Positions 51,301 to 62,240 of a stretch of DNA of 64,000 nt are shown here, piece after piece; the stretch's first letter is position 1; every line of letters begins with the position of its first letter. Where the stretch lies: assembly GCF_009914755.1 (NCBI RefSeq), contig NC_060926.1. One strand, written 5' to 3'. The DNA comes from the human T2T-CHM13v2.0 reference genome, Homo sapiens. The position numbers and the translations under genes are program-made. Under the pieces are notes generated by a model. It ran no database searches, had not been told where the DNA came from, and worked only from the letters and a program-made list of their open reading frames with translations.

Positions 51301-54300
51301 TTGGAACTCCAGAGCTGGATCTCCTATATGAGAATACATTTGTTTTAGATCAAATACAATGTTCTCAGTGTCAGCAGGATGTTGGATTTTAAAATAAGCT
51401 TCTTCTGGTTGACCACTATCTAATTCTTGGAATTTCACATCTGTGTGTTTTATTTGAGTGTGAAACTGCTTTAAGTCAAATGTAATAGGTGATTCATGTT
51501 CAGCTCTTTTAGAAATTGCAGGTTTATCTATAAGACTTATTTTTTCCTGTTGTTCCCTTTCTTGTGCGTCAAATTCTTTATGAGTTTGAGAGGAAAGCAG
51601 CTTTAAATTTATTGCAATGTTAGATGAATCTGATTCAGTATTTGGAGACATTTTCTCTGCCTGATACATATTTGCATTTAGATTGCTTGATCTTGATTCT
51701 CTTTGCTTTAATGAAAAGGCTTTGTCATCAATCTTCTTTTGAGGAGGATTAACAATTGATGTTCTGGTAGGTCTTTTTTCTAGAACTCCTTTTTCTACAT
51801 GTAATTTTTCAAATTCGATAATTCTATGCTTCACCTTTTTCCCCGGGTAGTGTATCTCTTCACCAAGGGATTCTTCATATACAATGGCAGATGAATCTTT
51901 TGTATTGTAACTGTCAGAAATTCTCTCAGAGTGAATATTTGGTAAATAGTCACTTTGGGCACATTCTTGTACATTTTCCTTTTCTGATCTACCAAGTTTT
52001 CCAAAATTATTTCTTATTTCTTTCTTAATAGTGACATCACTGAAATCATCAACAAATGGATAAACAGTACCCTCTGCTTGGTGCAGCTTTGATTTTTCAC
52101 TTACATGTCTCTCTTTCCCTTCAGCCTGACATTGTATGAATTCAGCCCTGATGGGCTTGCTGATTTTTATGGTTCTTGAAGCACCATGCACAAATCTGGG
52201 AATTTTTTCTCTAGAAGGTATGCAACGCACCTGCTCTTTCTGGTCTATTTGCTCAATAGTCTCAAGGCTTTGAAAATAGTCCCTTACTGAATATTCTTTT
52301 ACATTTGTCCAGGGAGTAAAGGGACCAGCTGGATAATCATAAAAATGTGCCCTTACAGATTCTCCCTGGTCTTGCAGTTGCTGATCTCTGGAATATTTTC
52401 CATAAATTTCACCAATATTTTCGAATTGACTATTTTCTCTATAAGTGACAGGCTCCACTGTTAGATCTGAAACACTTTCAACTGCCCCTGAATTGTTTTC
52501 AGCAACACATTTATATTTTCCAGAATCTTGAGAATTAACATCCTTAATATATAATTGGTGGCTACAATTAACTTCTTCAAACTGAAACTTCTGGTTCTGC
52601 TTTAAAAGGACTCCATTTTGAAACCATGTTACAACTGGCTGGGGCTCACCAGATATTAAACATTCAAGAATGATGGAATCCCCTTCTCTACACCTGGCAT
52701 GCTTTGGCATTTCTTGTAACATTTTTGGTGGTTCATTAGTAATATCAGACAAAAATACAAATCTGTGTTTTGGTGATTGAGTAACTTGATCTTGAGGCAT
52801 TGCTTTAGGTTCCAGCTCCTCAGTTTGAAACACTTCTTTAGACTCTTTATCCTGTTCTGGGATAGGAGTAGCTGCTGTTACCTGAATTTCTACAGGAAAG
52901 GAAAGCAATTCTGTGTCTCCAGAGGGAGGAACTGGTGGGTTAGTTTTTAACAAATGAAGATTTGTTTGGCCCTCTTGACTCATAGATGGATGGGCGCCTT
53001 TTGCTTGGTCAAACACCAATGCTAGCTCTTCTTCCTCATCCAAGTAGTCATGGAACACTGGGACTTTATGTGCTTTGACATCATGTTTTTGTTTTGCTTT
53101 CACTTTAAGCATACTGGTTGTTTTTACTGTTCCATATTGGTTAAATAGCACACAAGTAATAGAACCTTCATTCTGATGATGAACAGATGAAAGAGTTAAT
53201 ATTGAATAGTTTTCCAACGAATGAATGATAAAGTTTTGATTACGTGGGATTGGCATGTCATTGTTATACCACGTCACTATAGGTTGAGGATATCCTTGAA
53301 AATGACACACAAAATTACAACTGTCACCTTCATAAACTTCTTGAGATTCAATTTCTTGAAGAAATGAAGGTGGGCAACGTTGTGGGCGTTTTCGAAAAGA
53401 ATTTTCAAAAAATCTCATGTTTTCTTCCTTCTGTTCGGTTTTGAATTCATCAATTCGTGTAGAAGCAGAGAGTTGTAATTCTCTCAAATCATCCTTTTTT
53501 ATTCTTTCACTAGCTATTTCTTCACTTTCTTCAACATTTACAAGTGTACCAAAAGATTCGCTGGCATGTGGTGTAATAGCTTGAGACACATTTTCAGGAG
53601 TCTCATATACTTCCTCCTTCTCACATACATTAGTGATATATGTGGATGACTCTCCAATTGTAGTATTGGCCATAATTTCTTCCAGCTGTCCTCTTGCTTG
53701 GGTATTTTCATTTACTAGAATTTCACCATATAAATGGTCTTTTGGTAGACTTTCCTTTACCAGTGCTTCTTGGCTCATTCTTATTTCAGTCTGGAAAATT
53801 TCTTCATCAACAATAGTTTGAAAGCTTGTGGGAAGTTCCTCAGATTCTATATTTTGATCCATTTGATTAGAAAGGGCATGTGGATTTTGCACAATACTCT
53901 CAGCTGAATGATCTACCTTATAACTTTCAGCTAGATCAGACATAGATCTGATTTTCATGCCCTCTCTAGAGAACAGAATATCTTTATCACTAGCTTCACT
54001 TCTGAAAGTTCTTGAGCTTATTTCAGAAGACGTATCTAAAAGAGATAATTTCTTTTTCTCCATTAACGTTTTTCTAGCCTCCCTTAAACGTTGCAACTTC
54101 ACTTTGGTCTCCTTGTCCAGGAAACTTTCACCTACATTAAGCCAACCTCTTATGTCAGATTTACTTTCTAAATATTCTTCATCATACATGTAATCTGTTT
54201 TCTTGGCAGAACTCATTGTCTTAAAATGTATAGTTCTCATCATTCCCTTTTGTTCCACATCTTGTTTTTTGTTAAAGGGAGAGCCAGTAAACCTCAGGTC

Positions 54301-54839
54301 AACCTTTATCCTATCTTCTCCCCTTTCAACTAAAGCCTCCACATTTTCATGTGTCCGTTCTGCTCTTTTCAGAAATTCTAAATATTTCTCATCTTGCCCT
54401 TTTTGGATAACAAGCAATGATGCAGTTGATTCTGCAGACCCTTCACTATTAATTGCTAGTAACCTATAACTTCCAGAATCTCTGTCTTGGACCCTTTTAA
54501 TCTCTAAGCTGGAAGAGTGATGGTGTAAATCACTCTCAGCTTTTATAATCCGACGAAGACCTGTTGGGATGGGCCGATTGTTATGAAACCAAGTCATTTC
54601 TGGAGTTGGACAGGCAATTAATCTACATGTAAAAACAACCGGTTCACCCTCTAAAACATATTTAAATGTAAGTTTCTGGGTAAAAGAAGGCTTAAAATAT
54701 TCAGGCCAGGAGCTTGTAGATGATATTCTACTTGCATATCTTTTAGCAGCCATGGATTTGTGGTCTATGTCTTCAGAATCTGAAAAGGCGTCACGTGTAT
54801 CCCTTTCTGAATGTTCAGATTCCCCCTCAGAGAATAATT
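48385..54839 (-). CDS. TTN: TTN exon 48, Novex-3 alternative terminal exon (coding part; six Ig domains I18-I23 + unique sequence, ends ...AALTLT*)
   Basis: T13-CCAG acceptor, ~2150 open codons starting ELFSEGESEH, six I-set motifs, TAA at 48385-48387. Confidence 0.97.
49840..50124 (-). repeat. TTN: Coding 33-bp minisatellite in Novex-3 (ERYSTPPGETL)n, 9 ERYS units
   Basis: Five exact ERYSTPPGETL, one ERYSTPPGEAL and three diverged flanking units. Confidence 0.95.
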
Positions 54840-55921
54840 CTGGAAAAAAAAAAAAACCTTTACTATTTTCCATAGAACTTGAAAAAGTTGAAAGTAAATA
54901 AAATTGCAAAATAGGAAATGAAATAAATTGCATGCTACAGATCTCACAAATCCATAGAAAAATTCACTCACCATATTTGTTCGAATAAACGCAACACCAT
55001 GCTCTGTTTAAAAGATTCTGACACGAAAATCGTTCGTTGTCTGGTCTTTTCTTCAAACTGTTGAAATTTCTTCTTGAACAAGCAAAAATGCATTTCAAAA
55101 TAACATGTTCCTGTGCATATTTGTTTTGAGAGCAGGAAAACTTTGTTCTTTTGATGGCTAAGTGGAAAATCTTACCTGACTTGCAGAGAGTGGAATAAAC
55201 GCCCTTTCTGATTCTTTTGATTGTAGATTAAATTATTATATTTTTGAGAATCAACTATTTAAAGAGTATATACAAGAACTATAACCATAAATAATTAGCT
55301 AAAATAAAATGAGAAGGCGTTTATTCGAACTAATACAGCCATAAAGTCACAATGTTATGCAAAGAAAAGCAGGCAATAAGGATCACATAAGGCAGCTATC
55401 TGCAAGCCAGTGTAAGAGACATATCAATGTTAAAATGATATATGTGAATGAAGTGTAAACCAGATGGGAATGTAATGTTTTCACACAACCTCAGTAAAGT
55501 AGCATTTCAATCATAATTCATTCATGACATTGCATTCTGAGAATGACAGCTAGGTTATTGTCTATTTTCAATGTAATTCACCGTGATTTTGAAAACAAAC
55601 TTCTACTTCATGATTTCATGCATTAAGATGACAACTTTTCCTAATATACACTTTTGGAAATGACTGCAAACATAAAGTTGAATTTGGCTGATAAATTTTA
55701 AATACAAAATTTTAAATTAACTTACAATAAATTACTGTGAAATGCATGTAACCATCAAAATTCTAAACCAAGCATGCGACATAGTAATATATACTCTAAG
55801 AGATATATTTGTATATCTATGTCATTTTTTTCTCAATAATACTAAGAGAAAGAAGGCAACTCAAGGATCCTATTAATCCTTTAGAATTTCTACTTAAATC
55901 TCACATCCATTATAACAATAC

Positions 55922-55978
55922 CTTTCATTTCCATCTCAATCTCTTGTTCAATCCTCTCATGCAAAATTGATTCAGGAG
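55922..55978 (-). CDS. TTN: TTN exon 47 (APESILHERIEQEIEMEMK)
   Basis: 57 nt, TTTTCTATTTTAG acceptor, AG|GTATTG donor. Confidence 0.94.
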
Positions 55979-56349
55979 CTAAAATAGAAAAACATATAAA
56001 GAGATTTTAGTGATTAATTGCATATATTTTCTGCATCAATTCATGACTTGTATGATTAAAGTTTTCTTTTTATTATAACAACAGAAAACAACATTCCCCA
56101 AATTTACCAAAAAGTCCATGCCAAACAAACTATTGAGCTGATAAAACACATGACAATGTTGACAGAAAGATTTAAAACATTTTTATTTTAGGTTCTTCAT
56201 GAAATTTCCACTTTTAGTTCTATAATTCCCCATGCCTTTACATGCATGCAGAAAGCAATCTACAAACCGAAGGAATATTATTTTCTAAAAAATGTCCTAT
56301 TGACTAAACACTTGCTAAGAGATGAAATCACATTTAGAAAGAACATGCA

Positions 56350-56807
56350 TTTTCTAAATTGCTACTTTAGCAGAGGGCTATTCTCAGTTTTTCCTGCTAG
56401 TAAACACTCCTTTGATTTGAATCACCTTTCAAACTTTGAACTACATGAAGTCCAAATTACATATTAAGAAACAAAACAAAGACTTATCAAAACTGTTTTT
56501 ATTCCACAAGGAATATGCACAGCTTTTAGACATAGTCATATCTAGGGCAGCTCCTTGGGAAAGGCTGGGGCTCTCGTATCACTCTCAGTCTTCAGTCCAC
56601 GTGGTATCCTGTCAGTAGACTTTATTCCCTTGTTCTCAGTTTCTTACGGTTTTTGGCATGAAGTTAATGACAAACTTGATGTTTTCTTTGACGATTCTCT
56701 TTTTACTTCACGGGTTGTTTTAATTTGTGACTCTCTGAGTGTTTTAATACTTTTAGTGTCAGAACCCAGAGTAATTTTTGTAAGTGCTCTGGCTTGCGAT
56801 TCTTTTG
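56350..56807 (-). pseudogene. Candidate decayed Novex-like exon in intron 46
   Basis: CCTAAC branch + pyrimidine tract + TAG; phase-1 frame gives K/S/T-rich linker, stop, then APAFPKELP Ig-start motif and weak GVFTS...SAKVAI Ig-end motif. Confidence 0.45.
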
Positions 56808-58239
56808 CTAGGTAAGAATAAAGTTAGGGAAAGGCATAAATTAGCTGTGTTTGTAAGAATAAAAAACATGCTGAATGTGGAGAAGATGGAATGTCATTAG
56901 GATGAGAAGGAAAGGCAGCATGTTAGTCATGAAACTTATATATGATATGTTTATGTTTATTATGCACATAATAACTGTATTCAAAAAGACTTCCAGGGGT
57001 TTGACATTCCTACTTGATCTTGGTGGATAACTCTGTAGCCTATATGAACTTATTAAGCCAAAATAAAAAAGGAACATATAAAGACTGGCCTATGTCAAAT
57101 AATTAGACAACTGTGCCTGATCTTTCACTCTTCAAACATCTAAAAATGTCTTATCTTTCAACTTTCTTAGGTACAAGTAAGGCAGTTGGATGTTCAAAAA
57201 AATTCTTTTGCTTCAAGAACACTTTAATAATATTATCAATTGGAACTGAATGAACTGGAGATCCTAGGGCAAAAGAGCCGAGTTCAAATCAATTCTGGGA
57301 ATATGACAGTCAAACACCGCACTATAGCACTAGATTCTTTAGGAAGTGAGTTAAGAGATCTACATTTCTCCCACCTTCACAACACAGCCAACTCCCAATT
57401 ACATTACTGAAAAAATTGTCACACTGTCACCTACAGGACTTGTAGACAACACCTCCAAATAAATAGTCACTCTGTGTGATTACTGTGCTAGCCAGCAGCT
57501 GTAGTGAAATTGAGGGTCAACTCTCTGGCTGGTGGAATTTTCTATCTAATTTACATAACTAGACCTCAGTTCTTGAGATATTGCCTTTGTAGGCTACGGT
57601 GACAGAATGAGAGATAGCTATAGAACAAAATCTCATTAAGAAAGAATAAGACCTCTTTTTGGTGAGTAGGTGTTGCGGATACATTATATGAATCAATAAA
57701 CTGTATTCTCTGTACTGGGTAGGAAGAAAGGCCACTGTTTCAAAATTCTGTGCAGAGATGGCTGTGCACCTACATAGCACTGCATTGCCCCCTTTTCATC
57801 CCTAACACCACTATGGCCAGGATCAGGGAGGAACTTGAGGCCAGAGCTTTCCACAGACCCCTGGAGATGCCTGAATTTATTCCACCAGCTTCCTTCCATG
57901 AGACTCAGTGAAGCTGTTTTGACTACGGGCACACAACACAGGCTTATGGCACCTGAAAAATATTTTTCTCATTTCATTAATATCCAAAAGGAAAGTCCAT
58001 GGATAAGAGGAAGAAGTTATTACTTGCCCAGACAAGTTTATTCCTGCTCTTCCAGACATAATGGAGAATCAAGCCCAATAACGACAAAAATTGTGATCTT
58101 GCCATGAGAAAATTATACAATTCCAGGAGGATTTTAAGCCTGTAAAAGCAGCATCATTTATGGAGAAATATCTAGAGACTTCTAATTTTGGTCCAGAGAG
58201 AGCTTTGTTATTTTCAGTGCCCAATTTTCAATTTTCTAT

Positions 58240-58542
58240 TTTTCTTTTTTGGAGATGGAGTCTAGTTCTGTTGCCCAGGCTGGAGTACAGTGACCCTATT
58301 TCGGCTCACTGCAACCTCTGCCTCCTGGGTTCAAGCGATTCTCCTGGCCTCAGCCTCCTGAGTAGTTGGGATTACAGGCATGCACCAACATCCAACATGC
58401 CTGGCTAATTTTTGTATTTTTAGTAGAGATGGGGTTTCACCATATTAGCCAGGCTGGTCTCAAACTCCTGACCTCAAGTGATCTGGCTGCCTCGGCCTCC
58501 CAAAGTGCTGGGATTACAGGCATGAGCCACTGTACTTGGTCC
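58240..58542 (-). mobile_element. AluS-family element in intron 46, sense to TTN
   Basis: Full dimer with small CCAACAT duplication; TSD CAATTTTCTATTTT either side. Confidence 0.95.
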
Positions 58543-59019
58543 CAATTTTCTATTTTCATGGCCCCTTTGTAAACAACTAGAACCTCCAGATGTGAAAATA
58601 AAGAGGAGATAAGAATTGTTGAACCTCTTGCTATTAAAACAATTAAACTGAAATTTACCACAGTATCTGGCACAATAATAAATACCCAATAAGTACTTCT
58701 CAGAATACAACATTTTAACTTTGCTACACTTTCTTGGTAGTGCGTTGGTAAATATTAGAAAATGCAGCACATAGGAAATAAACCTTTGCTTCCCGAACCT
58801 ACGTTTAAAAATTAAACTTTCTGAATCTAGACTGGTAAGTTAAATTTTCAGGATAATCATGGCCAATGACTTGGCTGACTTTCAGAAGTCACTTATGAAT
58901 AGGGTGCTAATTTAGAGATATTCTAATTAATATATTCGTCGATTGAATTTGCATGGCAGAAAAGCTGCATAAAGCGATGAGGATGAAATGAAGCAAGTCA
59001 TAGCTAAAAATCAATTAAC

Positions 59020-59595
59020 CATCTTCTACACTTAGTACTGCTGACGTTGTCCTCTCTCCACAGTCATTGTGTACAATGCAGCTGTATAGTCCTTGGTCTA
59101 CCAGCTGAACATTACATATGGTAAGAAACTGAATATTTCCATTTTGTGATTGTTTCAGTCTCTCGGATTCCTCTATCTTTGCACCTTCGTGAGTCCAGGT
59201 TACATCAATGAAAGAATCATCTTTTAAAACACAGAGGAATTGAGCCGTGTCACCGCACTTTACAGTGACGTCCTGAAGATGCAGGAAAATCTTGGGCGCC
59301 TCACCCGTGGACTCTTTAGCACATTCCTTAGATAGCTCAGTGCTTTCTGCAATTTGTGAAAGGGATGCAGTATGGCACAACTGTGTATCTTGAACAGATG
59401 CAGCTGTGTGGATGGAACTTTGAGATACACTTTCAAAAACCTGCACTTCATATTCATATGATGATCCTTGAAATGACTTAATTTCCTTTTGAGATATTTT
59501 GCTCTCCTCCTTTGTGAAAGAGGAATCTGCCACTGCCTGGGACTTGGTGGACTCTCTTACATCTTTCCCAGAACTTTGCCTATCTAGGGCTTGCA
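59020..59595 (-). CDS. TTN: TTN exon 46, Novex-2 (unique sequence + Ig I17)
   Basis: 576 nt, VQALDRQSSGK...SAVLSVED, AG/GTTAAT. Confidence 0.95.
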
Positions 59596-59945
59596 CTGTA
59601 TAATCAAGTGACAAGAAAAAGAAAAGAATATTAAGATCTAAGCTTTGTCACTTGCCCATGTTAGTAACACAAAATGGCATGGAAGATGAAGATGAAAGAC
59701 GTAGTTGTCACTTGAAAGCAGCATGCCAGATGCAATATGATCTAGATGTCAGGATCACACAAAAGAAAATTCATTCCTGGTGATTCAGTGCTGAGTGGTT
59801 GATGAAGACTCATGCAGATGCCATGCAGTATCTGGTTCCTTCTTTCTGTTGTCATTTCAGCTATCCAAAGTGACCCAGTCTGTCTTTCTCTCTCTCCCTC
59901 TAGCTGACTGTATTTGGGTTAGCATTTGCTCTCCGTCCACTGTAT

Positions 59946-60297
59946 GCTTTAAGTACAGTAAGTAATACTGTACTTGCTTTAAGTACAGTAAGTAATACTG
60001 TACTTGCTTTAAGTACAGTAAGTAATACTGTACTTGCTTTAAGTACAGTAAGTAATACTGTACTTGCTTTAAGTACAGTAAGTAATACTGTACTTGCTTT
60101 AAGTACAGTAAGTAATACTGTACTTGCTTTAAGTACAGTAAGTAATACTGTACTTGCTTTAAGTACAGTAAGTAATACTGTACTTGCTTTAAGTACAGTA
60201 AGTAATACTGTACTTGCTTTAAGTACAGTAAGTAATACTGTACTTGCTTTAAGTACAGTAAGTAATACTGTACTTGCTTTAAGTACAGTAAGTAATA
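59946..60297. repeat. Perfect 30-bp tandem array (GCTTT AAGTACAGTA AGTAA TACTGTACTT) x ~11.7, each unit an inverted repeat
   Basis: AAGTACAGTA recurs every 30 nt from 59951 to 60281 with no mismatches. Confidence 0.98.
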
Positions 60298-60609
60298 ATC
60301 AGCAAATAGATCATTTAATGATGCAATGATACAATATTGCTTAGAAGAGTAAAGAAGCCAAGCAAAGGTGGTGCCTAATAAAATAATTATTGGTTCTCTA
60401 GTGCATAGAACACATACTTCAGTGAAATTTAAAGTATGTAGGTTAACCCATAATTGAGGACCTAGCGGGAGTTATTGCATGTTATTTTATTAGTAAGTTA
60501 TGGACTGACCACAGTATGCAATAAAACAAACAGCAGAGACTCTCATTAGTAACAGTGGGACTGAGAGGTATACAGCAAATCAAAGTCCTTGAAGCAAGAT
60601 GGGCTTTAC

Positions 60610-60984
60610 CTTTTGGAGTCACTGTGAGTGTAGCTGCACAAGTGGCTTCCCCAGCACTATTGGCTGCTTTGCAAGAGTACTGCCCAGCATGCTCTGAGTA
60701 AGCATCAACTATAAGCATTAAAGCCATGCCTGTGGACTCCTCAAAATGGAAAACTACATCTTTTGTTGGTAGAATTAGCTGCTGGTTATGAAACCATTGG
60801 ATTTCTGGCTTGGGAATGCCAGAAACCCTCGCATGAAATCTGACTGTCTCCCCGTTGTGCACCCTGAGGCTTGACAGAGGCTGGATGAAGCTGGGCTTTT
60901 GGCCAAGGGGCTCCTTCTTAAATGAAACTGATAAAGAGACATGCCATTGGGAGTTTGATGTATTTTCTTCAAATTTGCTAAATC
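60610..60984 (-). CDS. TTN: TTN exon 45, Novex-1 (unique sequence + Ig I16)
   Basis: 375 nt, GFSKFEENTS...ATLTVTPK, AG/GTAAAG. Confidence 0.95.
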
Positions 60985-62051
60985 CTGAAAAGAAGCATAC
61001 CAATTTTTAATGTCTTACCTTGCACTGAAACCAGAACTCATTTGGAGTTGTCTACAGATTTGTCACAAATTTCAATAATGGACTAGAATTCAGTCCACTC
61101 CTACTGCCTTGTCCTTGTATGTCACTATTGACTCGAAGTCACACAAGTTCACTTCCATTTCCCAGAGAAGCAAGCTGAGACATGAATGGGCTAAGGAACT
61201 TCACTACATTGTTCATGAAGGCAATAGTGGAGTACCCAACAGGGTTTTGGATATTCTTTTCTTTCTTCCTCTTGTTGTAAAGTCAACTTTTTAATTTTAA
61301 ACCACTTTAAATTCATTATTTAAAAAAACATCTAGTTACAGTTAATGCGTAAGGTTAAGAAAAAAATAGTTTCTCTAAATCCTTATGTATTTGTATGTAC
61401 TTAATACTACATAGACTATATTTGCTCAGGAAAAATAGTACCACTATATAAAAATGCTATCCTTGTTTGAATCAAATTCCCCATGTTACTGAGGAAGTGT
61501 TTCTGATTACAATTTAAGAGCCCCAACTAACAGAAATGTTAAACCACTTTAGGACTGGACTTCTTAACACTAAGACATTCTTGAGAGGAGGATGAATATA
61601 GCTCGCTGGTGTACAGACCTGAAACGGTCTAGCTTTTGTGAAATCAAAATTGTGTCAGCATGATAGGAGGATGATAACACTCTTAGATGTTTTTAAAATT
61701 TAATTTTTATCTTAGCCAATTGAGAAAACAAATCTACCTATTTATGCAGCATATTTCGCCCCCTTCTGATTCATGCTGATTAGGAAGCATGACAGCTGGT
61801 GACAGCAGCAATACATTACAAATTGTTACAGAGAAAAAGCGGGGCCAAATGAAACGTGATGGTCTATGATTCACAATGAAAAGTGGTAAAGGAGAGGCGA
61901 GACCATGGCATATAACAGGGAAATAATTAGTTGAATTAGAAGAGAATGGTAGGAACAACAATGATTTACATGAACTCTTGAGTAATTGTTACAGACATTG
62001 TTAAGATTCGATCTATATTTAAATGGGGTTCTGAAAGTTGTTTTACTTTAC

Positions 62052-62240
62052 CTTCCAGACTCAGGTTGGCTGTGCTTGATACTTGGCCTACAGCATTATT
62101 AGCAACAAACGTGTAAGTTCCTTCATCTTCTGGATAAGCTTCGGCAATTTCCAGTTGATAAGTGTCTTCAAATTGAGTCATTCTAAAGAACCGAGATGGC
62201 TTGATTTTCTTGTCTTTGCTGTACCACGACACTTTTAGAT
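62052..62240 (-). CDS. TTN: TTN exon 44, C-terminal part of Ig I15 (DLKVSWYSKDKK...TANLSLE)
   Basis: 189 nt, AG/GTAAAG. Confidence 0.95.

Noticed and set aside
54840-54933. N-terminal extension of the 2182-aa ORF as a stand-alone Novex-3 protein
   Set aside because: These codons are the intronic polypyrimidine tract before the acceptor at 54839; same applies to intronic heads/tails of other ORF-track entries.
59946-60297. CRISPR-like array (30-bp palindromic repeats)
   Set aside because: No unique spacers, no cas genes, human intron; it is a head-to-tail minisatellite.
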